Origin: Candidatus Bruticola sp.
Lineage (GTDB): Bacteria > Vulcanimicrobiota > Xenobia > Xenobiales > Xenobiaceae
NCBI GenBank assembly: GCA_051874735.1
Contig: JBJEGD010000010.1
Coordinates: forward strand, 1-61,573
Direction: 5' to 3'
DNA length: 61,573 nucleotides
The notes below the pieces were generated by a model that was not told the origin of the DNA, ran no database searches, and was given only the letters and a program-made list of their open reading frames with translations. Every line of letters begins with the position of its first letter. The first letter of the stretch is position 1. A program made the position numbers and the translations under genes. Shown piece by piece: positions 28,712 through 41,538 of the stretch.

Positions 28712-29650
28712 TTAGTTTTTTCTCCAGTAATTGAGCAAATCGTGTAAAGTTTTCTGCCAAGTTATTTGGGGACGCCAGTTAGTTTTAGTTTGCAACTTAA
28801 CCGGGCTGCCGCAAATAATTTCGGCTTCATTAGGGCGCAGCTTAGTGAGATCCGTTTTAACTTTAATATCGATGGATGACATATTTAATAAGTTTTGTAA
28901 TACCTCTTGGAGGCAGAAGCTGTGGCCTCGGCAGACATTATAAATGTCTCCTGATTCTGTTGCTGAGGCATTCATAATGGCCCAATAAGCCTTTACAATA
29001 TCTCTTATATCACAGTAATCGCGTCTGCATTTTAAATTGCCAGTACTTATTAAGGGAGCTTGCAGACCTTTTTCTGCTTCAGCAATCTGTTTGGCGAAAC
29101 TAGAAATAGCGTATTGAGGACTTTGTTTAGGGCCCGTATGATGGAAGGCGCGGGTGCATATTATGTGGAGCTTAGTAGTCTGACTGTATTGGAAAGCCAG
29201 CATCTCTTGGGCACTTTTGCTTACTCCGTAAGGCGATGAGGGGCGGGCAGGACAGTGCTCAGTTATAGGCTCTGAACCAGCCCGGCAACCGTAAACCGCT
29301 GAAGAACTAGCTATATGGACTTTAGCACAGCTGTCTTTGAGAGCTTCTAGCAAATTCAGCTCAGCTAGAATATTGTTGCTCAGCGTCGCTTGGGGATTTT
29401 GCCAAGATAGAGGTACTGAAGTTTGGGCTGCTAGATGGAAGACTATATCTGGTTGGCTAGTTTGAACGGCAGCTTGGGCTGAAGATTGTCTGAGCAAATC
29501 TCCTTTTATAATGGTAGCAGCTTCTTTAATATAACTTTCTAAATTATTAGACGTTTTGCAGATACCGTAAACCGAAGCTCCCATCTGCAGACAATAATCT
29601 GCTAAATAAGAGCCGGCAAATCCGCCTATACCGGTAATCAGAATATTCAT
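28712..29650 (-). CDS. GDP-mannose 4,6-dehydratase family SDR, Rmd-like (GDP-4-keto-6-deoxymannose reductase)
   Basis: ILITGIGGFAG, HLAAQTSV..SW, SSSAVYG, SPYGVSK, R.F.HTGP, GNL...RDY.D.RD. Start at ATG 29650 (MNILITG). Confidence 0.85.
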   Translation of the reverse strand: MNILITGIGGFAGSYLADYCLQMGASVYGICKTSNNLESYIKEAATIIKGDLLRQSSAQAAVQTSQPDIVFHLAAQTSVPLSWQNPQATLSNNILAELNLLEALKDSCAKVHIASSSAVYGCRAGSEPITEHCPARPSSPYGVSKSAQEMLAFQYSQTTKLHIICTRAFHHTGPKQSPQYAISSFAKQIAEAEKGLQAPLISTGNLKCRRDYCDIRDIVKAYWAIMNASATESGDIYNVCRGHSFCLQEVLQNLLNMSSIDIKVKTDLTKLRPNEAEIICGSPVKLQTKTNWRPQITWQKTLHDLLNYWRKN

Positions 29651-29808
29651 TATGGGGCTCCCAGGTTGTCGGTAATTGGTATAGTGGCCAATATTGATTA
29701 AAGGTTGTGGAGAAAAATTTTTATTCAGGTTATAAAAGGTAATAACCAAAATTTACGGTAAAATGTTCGCCCAATTTATTTAGTACGTAAAGAAAGATAC
29801 CTAGCGAT

Positions 29809-30177
29809 ATGACTATGCAGGAACCGACTTTAAAAGTATTTATGGGGCCGGATCAGCAAAATATTTGGGGCCAAATTTCCGGAGGGGCTATTCTCAATCA
29901 GATAGATTTGGCTGCCGGTATGGAAGCTTTGCACCATGCTAAAGGACACAAAGTAGTAACTGTGGCTATAAAGGAAGCTGTTTTTGCCAAACCGGTAGCT
30001 GTGGGCGACGTTTTAAGCATCTATACGCAACTGGAGCGGATAGGCCGAACTTCTTTAACTATAAAAGTTAGAGTAGAAAGCGAACGTTTCAAAGTCAGCT
30101 GCGGAGCAATTGGGGAAGCCACAGTTATTTATGTCGCCATAGATGACAGCGGCCGCCCCGTCAGTTTGCAGGAATAA
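29809..30177 (+). CDS. Acyl-CoA thioesterase (YciA-like hotdog fold)
   Basis: P...N.WG.ISGG.IL..ID, VVTV, F.KPV.VGD, GRTS, YVAID..GRP. Confidence 0.9.
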   Translation: MTMQEPTLKVFMGPDQQNIWGQISGGAILNQIDLAAGMEALHHAKGHKVVTVAIKEAVFAKPVAVGDVLSIYTQLERIGRTSLTIKVRVESERFKVSCGAIGEATVIYVAIDDSGRPVSLQE

Positions 30178-30219
30178 AATTTCAAGTTACAGGCCTTTAA
30201 AGCGGCTGACTGGGCTATT

Positions 30220-31137
30220 TTAGCACTTGTTTTGCAGCCATAGGTAGGTTTTGGCTAAACCTTCAGTTAGTGATACACGCGGGGCCCAGTTCAGCCGTTG
30301 CCGGGCTAACGAGATATCGGGGCAGCGCCGGGTAGGATCGTCTACTGGTAAGTCTTGATAGACAATTTTAGTTGGGCGGCCGCAGACTAGGCCTATAGCT
30401 TCTGCCAGTTCTATCATAGTGTGCTCTTCCGGATTTCCTATATTAATAGGTCCGCTTTCTTCTGAGAGAAGCAGACGGATTAAGCCTTCTACAGTATCGC
30501 TGACAAAGCAGAAAGAGCGCGTTTGGGCACCATCTCCGTAAACGGTCAAAGGAAGGCCGCTGATAATTTGGCTTAGAAAATTAGTTACTACTCGGCCGTC
30601 GTCAGAGCGCATATAGGGGCCGTAAGTATTAAAGATGCGGGCTATAGCTGTAGAAAGGCCGTATTCGTTTCTGTAGGCAGTAATCAAAGCTTCTGAGAAA
30701 CGCTTCGACTCGTCGTACATGGAGCGGGGGCCGATACAACTTACATTGCCTCGGTAAGTTTCCGGCTGAGGATGAACGAGCGGTTCACCGTATACTTCTG
30801 AAGTGGAAGCTTGCAAAAAACGAGCCCCGCAGCGCCGGGCTATTTCTAAGGCATTGCGCACGCCGACCGCTCCAACCCAAAGTGTTTCTAAAGGAATAGC
30901 CTGATAGGCCGGAGGCGAAGCCGGACAAGCTAAGTTTATAACTGCCTCGAAATGGCCGGGCAGATCGGCGACTTCACATAGGTCAGCCTCTATTACTTCA
31001 AGGTTGAGTCCTTCTAGGTTTTCGGCTCTGCCGGTACAAAAATTATCAATAACGGTAATTTCGTCGCCTCTTTCTAGAAGAGCTCTGCACAAGTTGGCGC
31101 CAATAAAGCCTGCGCCTCCGGCTACTAATATCCTCAT
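30220..31137 (-). CDS. UDP-glucuronic acid decarboxylase family (UDP-xylose synthase)
   Basis: GGAGFIG, LACPASP, ASTSEVYG, HPQ.E.Y.GNV, GPRSMYDESKR, RIFNTYGP, DGRVV, DDP.RR.PDI. Confidence 0.93.
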   Translation of the reverse strand: MRILVAGGAGFIGANLCRALLERGDEITVIDNFCTGRAENLEGLNLEVIEADLCEVADLPGHFEAVINLACPASPPAYQAIPLETLWVGAVGVRNALEIARRCGARFLQASTSEVYGEPLVHPQPETYRGNVSCIGPRSMYDESKRFSEALITAYRNEYGLSTAIARIFNTYGPYMRSDDGRVVTNFLSQIISGLPLTVYGDGAQTRSFCFVSDTVEGLIRLLLSEESGPINIGNPEEHTMIELAEAIGLVCGRPTKIVYQDLPVDDPTRRCPDISLARQRLNWAPRVSLTEGLAKTYLWLQNKC

Positions 31138-31458
31138 ATTTTTTTATTATCTCAGAACAATTTTTATTTTCCTGCTGCTTTTGTATGATTATTGAAGGCT
31201 ATAGAGGCCTAAATTAGGCAATGCAGGTATAAAAAGTTCAAATAACGAAGGTGCAAGGGCGCGTGTTATCTAGAATAGTCGCCTTGGAGCTGTCTAGTTT
31301 GCACCCAAAATTGTGTGGCTTATCAGTTTTTGCTGATCGTACTGTTGTGAACTGTCTTCAGGCTGCAGCAGATCTGACGCACTGTCCCACCTTATACAGT
31401 GAAACGTAAAGTCAGCAATTCAACAAAGTTATCAGAATGGAATAAAAGTTTCAGTTAA

Positions 31459-35166
<3,708 letters not shown>

Positions 35167-35208
35167 TATAGATTTTTTTGTTGGAATAAGCCGTTTTAGT
35201 GAAAGAAA

Positions 35209-38200
35209 ATGATGAGGAATAGCTCTATGGAAGAAAATATGCACAGTGAATCTTGTAATAATGAGAATACCATAGCTGCAGATCAGGCAGAGTTGGTGAC
35301 GTGCGCAGATAATTCTGGAACTACAGAAAAAAATATTGTAACTGCAGAAATTCAGAATCAGGCTGTTCCCAAAGCTCTTCCGTCTCCTCAAGAGCTCAAA
35401 GGGGTTTTAGCTGCTCCTCCGGAGCCTAAAGGAGCACTTAAGGCGCCTCCCATTATTATTAATGTCAGCGAACTGGAGCCGGAACTTGAAGATTTGGCTG
35501 AAGTTTTTTGCTCAGATTTTCCAGAATCTCAAGCTCTGCCGGAAGTTAAATCCCATGCGGCCGAGTTACCCGAAGTGCCTATCTGTGCCGCGTTGCCTTC
35601 TGCTACTGAGTCTCTTACTCCGGAAAGTCTGGCGGCTGCGGTTGAGGCTGATAACCAAAATTGCGCTTCCTGTAGTGAACCGCTAACGGTGGCTGAATCT
35701 GTGACTAGTCAGCCCAGCGCTAAAGTCCAAGAAGCAAACGCTGAGCCCAGCCAGAGTGTTGAAGAGGCTGAAGGTAACGTTTCTTCTACCAAAAAGGGAC
35801 GTCGCAAAAAGAGCTCTAAGGCGGCGGAAAAAAAAGCTGAAGAAGCCCCTTTGCCTGAACCTGTCCTCAATGTAAAAGAGCTTTTTAGCTTCCCTCTCGA
35901 TCGTTTCCAAATTCAAGCTATTAACGCTATTGATCGCGGGGAAAACACTATAGTCTGCGCTCCTACCGGTTCTGGTAAAACCGTTGTGGCTGAGTATGCC
36001 ATCAGAAGGGCCCTGCAGCACGGTAAACGCTGTTTCTATACGACGCCTCTGAAGGCGCTTTCTAACCAAAAATTTTCCGATTTAAGGGCTATTTATGGGG
36101 AAGATAAGGTCGGCCTGCTGACTGGTGATATTTCCATTAACCGCAATGCTTATATTGTGGTCATGACCACTGAAGTGTATCGTAATATGCTTTACGGTAC
36201 GGTTTTGGGCGATGTGCGCTCTAATTTAACTTACGTAGAGTCAGTTATTGTTGATGAATGCCACTATATGAACGATCCCGATCGCGGTACGGTTTGGGAA
36301 GAGCTGGTTATTTATTCTCCGGCTCAGATTCAGTTGGTGGCCCTTTCTGCTACGGTGGCCAATGCTCGCGATCTGTGCGCTTGGATTAATAAAGTTCACG
36401 GCCCCACGTCTTTGATTGAATCTTCTTACCGTCCAGTTCCTCTGCTTATCAATTATTTTATTGATGGTCAAATTTTTAAACTTACAGATAAACGTAACCA
36501 TATAAACAGCAAGCTGCGCCGCAAAGTAGAAGAGGTTAGAGCCCAAAAATTGGCCTCTCGTTTAAATGGAGATAGCAGCTACGGCCGACGCTTGCAGAGG
36601 GAAAAGGCTGAACAAGATAAGCGGGCAGTCTACAGTTCCGTTGTCTCTTTGCTCGATCAAAAGGATATGCTGCCGGCGATCTATTTCCTCTTCTCTCGAC
36701 GTCGTTGTGATGAAGCGGCTGAACTTTGCGCTAAGGCCGTCAAGCTTTCACCTGAACATGCTGCAGCTTTAAATAGAGCCGTAAATGAAGCGATTAAAGA
36801 ACACCCGTCTTTATCCGATTGTAATCAGCTCGATTACATACGCCGCGGTGTGGCTGCTCACCATGCTGGGCTGCTGCCAATTCTTAAGGGACTAGTAGAA
36901 AATCTGTTCCAGCAAGGATTAATTAAAGTCGTATTCGCTACGGAAACGTTGGCCGCAGGTATTAATATGCCGGCCCGCACTACTGTTATTTCAGCTATTG
37001 TGAAAAATTCCGATGAAGGGCTGCGTCCTATGACAGCCAGTGAGTTCCTGCAAATGTCAGGCCGGGCCGGCAGACGCGGTATGGATGAAGTTGGCCATGT
37101 GGTAGTAGTACACAGCGATTATGAAGATCTCGACGAAGTTGGAGCTTTGGCCAGGGCAGGAGCTGATCCCTTAGTCAGTCGCTTTACGCCAGTTTATGGC
37201 ATGGTTCTCAATTTGCTGCAAGTTCACACTCGCGATGAAGCCCGCGAGCTAGTGGAACGATCTTTCGGACAGTTCGTTATCGAACAAAATAAAGGCGAAT
37301 ATGCTGATATGTATGCTTGTGCGCTAGCTGAAGTCAAGAAAAATAGTGCGCTATACTGTACCGATCAGCAGTTAGGCGACGTCAATATTTGGAAAAATTT
37401 GCGCGGACGGATGGATAACCTCAACCGTTCCATTAAGGTTATGAAAAATAAGCTTGACGGATGCGGTGAAGAATTTGTCAAGCAGTTCCAGCAAGACGTC
37501 CAAGAGCGCGATCAACTGGCTGAAAAGTTATCAGTTATGCATTGTCAAACTTGTGAACACCGAGTCCGTTGCGCTAAAATGTACCGCTCTTATTTAAAGG
37601 CTGTCAAGCGCAAAGAAGAGATTGAAGAACTGATTGAACGCTCGCGCACTTCTTATTGGCGTCAGTTTGTGGCTTTGGAAGCTGTACTTTCCGATGTTGG
37701 TTATATAGTTGATCATCGGCCGACTTGGGAAGGTATAATGGCAGCTTCTCTGAGGGCTTCTAACATTCTGCTTTTGGGAGAAATTATTCTTTCCGGAATT
37801 TTAGACGAGTTGGAGCCCGCTGAGTTGGCCGGCGTTGCTTCGTCTTTAGTTCTCGGCGACGCCAGGGTGGCTATGATGAAGCCGTTGGAGCCCTCTAAAA
37901 AGGCGGAATGGACTATTAAAGCTATCTGTGCTATAGCTTCTGATGTGGAGGCTTTGCAGGAACGGTACGATGTGCATGTTCCGGTGCTGATTAACTCTAC
38001 TTTCTCCGGTATCACTGAATTTTGGTGCCTTGGAACTTCTTGGCAAGATGTACGTGAGTTCTTAGGTGAAGAGAATGAAGGCGATCTTATTAAAGTTATG
38101 CGCCGTACCCTAGACATTCTGCGTCAGTTTGAACATGCGCCTCACGTTTCTGAGCGTTTGGCTGGATTGTGCCGCGAAGCGGAGGCCCTCTTAGACCGTG

Positions 38201-38235
38201 ATGAAGTGCATGAAGCTGTCATGTGGAGTGAATAA
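35209..38235 (+). CDS. Ski2/HelY-like DEAD/DEAH-box RNA helicase with long acidic N-terminal extension
   Basis: APTGSGKT, TTPLKALSNQK, LLTGD, DECH, LSAT, HHAG, ATETLA.GINMPA, QMSGRAGRRG; C-terminal EGDL...RR..D.L.Q (DSHCT-like). Confidence 0.92.
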   Translation: MMRNSSMEENMHSESCNNENTIAADQAELVTCADNSGTTEKNIVTAEIQNQAVPKALPSPQELKGVLAAPPEPKGALKAPPIIINVSELEPELEDLAEVFCSDFPESQALPEVKSHAAELPEVPICAALPSATESLTPESLAAAVEADNQNCASCSEPLTVAESVTSQPSAKVQEANAEPSQSVEEAEGNVSSTKKGRRKKSSKAAEKKAEEAPLPEPVLNVKELFSFPLDRFQIQAINAIDRGENTIVCAPTGSGKTVVAEYAIRRALQHGKRCFYTTPLKALSNQKFSDLRAIYGEDKVGLLTGDISINRNAYIVVMTTEVYRNMLYGTVLGDVRSNLTYVESVIVDECHYMNDPDRGTVWEELVIYSPAQIQLVALSATVANARDLCAWINKVHGPTSLIESSYRPVPLLINYFIDGQIFKLTDKRNHINSKLRRKVEEVRAQKLASRLNGDSSYGRRLQREKAEQDKRAVYSSVVSLLDQKDMLPAIYFLFSRRRCDEAAELCAKAVKLSPEHAAALNRAVNEAIKEHPSLSDCNQLDYIRRGVAAHHAGLLPILKGLVENLFQQGLIKVVFATETLAAGINMPARTTVISAIVKNSDEGLRPMTASEFLQMSGRAGRRGMDEVGHVVVVHSDYEDLDEVGALARAGADPLVSRFTPVYGMVLNLLQVHTRDEARELVERSFGQFVIEQNKGEYADMYACALAEVKKNSALYCTDQQLGDVNIWKNLRGRMDNLNRSIKVMKNKLDGCGEEFVKQFQQDVQERDQLAEKLSVMHCQTCEHRVRCAKMYRSYLKAVKRKEEIEELIERSRTSYWRQFVALEAVLSDVGYIVDHRPTWEGIMAASLRASNILLLGEIILSGILDELEPAELAGVASSLVLGDARVAMMKPLEPSKKAEWTIKAICAIASDVEALQERYDVHVPVLINSTFSGITEFWCLGTSWQDVREFLGEENEGDLIKVMRRTLDILRQFEHAPHVSERLAGLCREAEALLDRDEVHEAVMWSE

Positions 38236-38396
38236 TTAACCGCAGTCTTAGGGAAGTAGCTGGCAGAGCTGCTCAAGCGGCAAGGACTGTTTTAAGCGAT
38301 GTCTGCGCTTCTCTTCGGCTTTCGTCCAATAGTTACAATTGCAATTTTGGCAAGGCTGAAAATCGTTGTTTTATTGATGGTGTTTTCAGAGAAAGG

Positions 38397-41129
38397 TTGG
38401 CTATGAAAAGTGGCGCTGCCATATCGGGCAAATTTGGCTTAACTCTATTTTATAAATATTTGGCCATATTGCTGTTAGGATGGGTCATGGTTCTGTCGGC
38501 GGCTGAGTCGTTGTATGCCAAGCCTGCGCCGAATGCTAAGGCCGCTTCTGAGGCGAATAAAGAGGCTAAACAGCTTAAACGAGCTAAAGTTTTGGTACAG
38601 AAAGCGGCTCAGGCGATTGCCGTTTCAGCTGCTTATGATCAGGCCATAACCTATTTAGAAGAGGCGACTAGTTTGGCTCCGGAATGGTCAGAGAGTTGGA
38701 AATTCTTGGCTAAGGTTTATCTTCAGCTCAAAAATTATGCCAACGCTTCCAGAGCCTACTCTCACTTGGTTAAGTTGAATCCGGGCAATTTTGAGCTCAG
38801 ACGCGAGTATGCTAAGTGTTTAGTTGAAGATAGCCAATACGATAAAGCACAAAAAATTTGGCAGGAAATTCTTGATCGCAATGGCAACGACGCCGAAGCC
38901 GTCTATTATATGGCCGTAATTGCTTACAACCAAGAATACTACGAAGATGCTTTAAAATTAACCAAAGATGCCTGTACACTGAAGCCCAATTTTTACAAAG
39001 CTATGGCTTTACAGGTTAAAATTTACACTAAACAACGCAGTTATTACGATGCCAATAAGGTTTTGCAAAAGCTTAAGGAGACTTTACCTGCAGATCATCC
39101 CACTTTGATAGATGCTGAATATCAAGAGGAATCTATTCGGAAAGGTATTAATTCTCAGCGTTGGGCTATCGCTATCTGTATAGGAGTTGTAGCTGCTTTT
39201 ATTGTGTTGGCGTTATACGCTAAGCGTTTAACTACCAGAATTAATATCAAAGCTCCGCCTGAAGAGATGGACAGCATGTCCGAAGATTCTATTTGCGACT
39301 ACGTGTTAGCCCATATGCGCAGTATTACTCAGCTGCCTCGCGGTCTATGCTGGTGTCTTTCTATGGATGGGCGTCATTTAGAGCTTATGCGCAGTGAATT
39401 AATTGACGATCCCAGTGCTTTTGCCCTACGCTCTTTCAACCGCGGCAGCATTAGCGATTTTGTAGAATGTTTTGGTAAAACTCCTTTCCTTTATAAAACT
39501 GTCAGCAAAGATGCGCTATTTAAAGAGACATTTCCCGGCTTAGCAGAAGAACTGCAGGGAGTGGAAATTAATGTCGGCGTTCCTATCGTTTGGCAAAATG
39601 AATTTTTAGGTTTAATTTTGCTCGGTCGCAGTCGCAACTCTGACCGGGAAGAGGCCAAGCGCAATTTCGATAAAGGTATGGAGCGCATGCAGGAAATTTC
39701 AGAGCAGGGCGCAGCGGCTCTCGATCGTTTGCGCCAGCGCAAAATGAAAGATACTGACACTCGCACCGGTCTGGGAAATCGCGATTACTTTGAACGCAAA
39801 ATTGTCGATATGAGTCGCGGTTGTTTCATGGTTGAGCAGCCTCTATGTGCTTTTATGGTTACTATAGACCAAGCTAGTCGCATATTAGAAACAAGAAGTG
39901 AAGAATTCGGTGTTGAATTTCTCTACAAGTTGGGCTCCTTGCTGCAATCGGCTTTGGCTAAAGAGCCCAATGTGACCCTTTGCCACCTCGATAATGGCGT
40001 ATTTGGTGTTATCGCTCCAGAACGCAATGCCGATGAAGGCATACGCATGGCGACAACTTTGCAAACTTTTATAGAGCAGATTGAGCTTCCCGACGATAAA
40101 GATAAGGCTACTGCCTTAGTGGCCTGGACTCTCTTCCCTGAAGATTCCGACGATCCTAAAATGCTGCGGGCCGTTTTAAGCCGCGCTTTCCGTGATGCAC
40201 GCGTATCTGGAGGCCATAAAATTGTCCGAGCCGAAAAGGTTGCCGAAGCAACTAAGGCTGCTTCTGCTCCTGTGGTGGAACAGGCTCCCGAAGAAAAGCT
40301 CGTCATTCGCCGCAATACGCCAGTTGGCGCAACTCCGGCCGGGGTGGCCGCTGGCACCTTGCCAGGCATTAGTGTTCCCAAGATTACGGCCGCTTCGCAA
40401 CAGAGTGCCAGCACTCCAGCTACTTCGGCTCCAGCTACAGGCATTCAGCAAAAAAGAACGGGTGCTTCTGCCGTTTCTGTCAATTTGGCTGGAGCGAGCA
40501 TTACGGCAGCTGCCCGTCCTATGCGCACACCTCCTGTGGCAGCAGACGGCGGCAAGGTAGATCGTCTTTCCATACCGAGCCATACGGCTACGCGTCATAA
40601 TTTAGCTGCGCCTTCACGTTTGAGTATCAGTCGGAGCTCCGCTCCTCAGGCTGAGCCTTTCAAATTGGAAATCAAGCTCGATGAAGATGGCGTCGATGTC
40701 GATACTCAGTTCTGCGGTGAAGAAACTTTTATGAGCGTAATCGATGACGAACTGCAGATGGCTGACGAATCAGGCGAAAGCTGCGCTGTTGTTTACATAC
40801 GCTTCGCCAATTTGAGCGAACTTAGAGGCAAAGGCAAAGAAACTTACTTGCGCATTCGTAAAGAAATTGCCGCTTTGATTAACGCTTTTCTTAGCGATAA
40901 CGACATCCCTGGACTTATTGGTGAAGACGATTTGTCGGTGTTTATGGTTGGCGGTAGTCTGAATGCTGCTAAAAATTTAGCTGATAGAGTTAATCTGACG
41001 GCCGCTAATATCGATTCAGTACGGTTGGCTATAGGTATTGTGTTGCGTAAATCTAAAACTTTAGACGGCCCAAGTTTAATAAAGGCTGCTTCCAGACTGG
41101 CAGATGGAGAGGGGATCCATATTAATTAG
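38397..41129 (+). CDS. Membrane signalling protein: exported TPR domain, TM, GAF-like domain and two degenerate GGDEF-like domains
   Basis: Signal/TM, TPR helices, TM (WAIAICIGVVAAFIVLALY), VPIVWQNEFLGLILLG (GAF), DTRTGLGNRDYF (GGDEF start) without a GG[DE]EF motif. Confidence 0.75.
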   Translation: MAMKSGAAISGKFGLTLFYKYLAILLLGWVMVLSAAESLYAKPAPNAKAASEANKEAKQLKRAKVLVQKAAQAIAVSAAYDQAITYLEEATSLAPEWSESWKFLAKVYLQLKNYANASRAYSHLVKLNPGNFELRREYAKCLVEDSQYDKAQKIWQEILDRNGNDAEAVYYMAVIAYNQEYYEDALKLTKDACTLKPNFYKAMALQVKIYTKQRSYYDANKVLQKLKETLPADHPTLIDAEYQEESIRKGINSQRWAIAICIGVVAAFIVLALYAKRLTTRINIKAPPEEMDSMSEDSICDYVLAHMRSITQLPRGLCWCLSMDGRHLELMRSELIDDPSAFALRSFNRGSISDFVECFGKTPFLYKTVSKDALFKETFPGLAEELQGVEINVGVPIVWQNEFLGLILLGRSRNSDREEAKRNFDKGMERMQEISEQGAAALDRLRQRKMKDTDTRTGLGNRDYFERKIVDMSRGCFMVEQPLCAFMVTIDQASRILETRSEEFGVEFLYKLGSLLQSALAKEPNVTLCHLDNGVFGVIAPERNADEGIRMATTLQTFIEQIELPDDKDKATALVAWTLFPEDSDDPKMLRAVLSRAFRDARVSGGHKIVRAEKVAEATKAASAPVVEQAPEEKLVIRRNTPVGATPAGVAAGTLPGISVPKITAASQQSASTPATSAPATGIQQKRTGASAVSVNLAGASITAAARPMRTPPVAADGGKVDRLSIPSHTATRHNLAAPSRLSISRSSAPQAEPFKLEIKLDEDGVDVDTQFCGEETFMSVIDDELQMADESGESCAVVYIRFANLSELRGKGKETYLRIRKEIAALINAFLSDNDIPGLIGEDDLSVFMVGGSLNAAKNLADRVNLTAANIDSVRLAIGIVLRKSKTLDGPSLIKAASRLADGEGIHIN

Positions 41130-41132
41130 GAC

Positions 41133-41495
41133 GTGCTGAACTTTTGGAAGAAAATTGACTACAGTCAAAAAATCGGGGGCTGGCTGCTTATAGCGCTTAT
41201 AGGAGGCCTTTTAAGTTGGCTAGCCTTTTTATCCATATATATCTGCTTATCAGAATTTAGTTCTTATAGCTGTTGCCAGGCTAATCAGCGTAATCTGAGA
41301 GCTGCTGTAAATATGTACAAACAAATCGAAAAGGGCGGGCAGTATCCTGTTTCCTTGAATATGCTGATACCGCATTATTTTTATGAACTGCCTGAATGTA
41401 GTGCAGGAAAATACCAGTATCTGGTGCGGAATGCTGACCAGGAGGGGGGTTGCTCGTATGAACTTGGTTGTACAGTTCATGGTCAGATTGAGTAA
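41133..41495 (+). CDS. Small pilin/pseudopilin-like protein (ComGC/GspG-like globular part)
   Basis: N-terminal TM, then CQANQRNLRAAVNMY...YP.SL..L.P.Y...LPEC...G.Y...CTVHG. Confidence 0.6.
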   Translation: MLNFWKKIDYSQKIGGWLLIALIGGLLSWLAFLSIYICLSEFSSYSCCQANQRNLRAAVNMYKQIEKGGQYPVSLNMLIPHYFYELPECSAGKYQYLVRNADQEGGCSYELGCTVHGQIE

Positions 41496-41538
41496 ATAAT
41501 AGGTTCAGTGTCGACTTAGGCTTTTTGGCTAAAGAGTA

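Noticed and set aside
31265-31330. TTATCTAGA and CTTATCAG resemble the 5' end of a SAM-I riboswitch upstream of metH
   Set aside because: The GAGGGA..GGCCC, GCAACC and GGTGC.AA elements do not follow in the required order; no cobalamin B12-box either.
39923-40598. Overlapping 120-170 aa ORFs on both strands inside the TPR/GGDEF-like gene
   Set aside because: They coincide with the GC-rich low-complexity linker where stop codons are scarce; no recognisable motifs.
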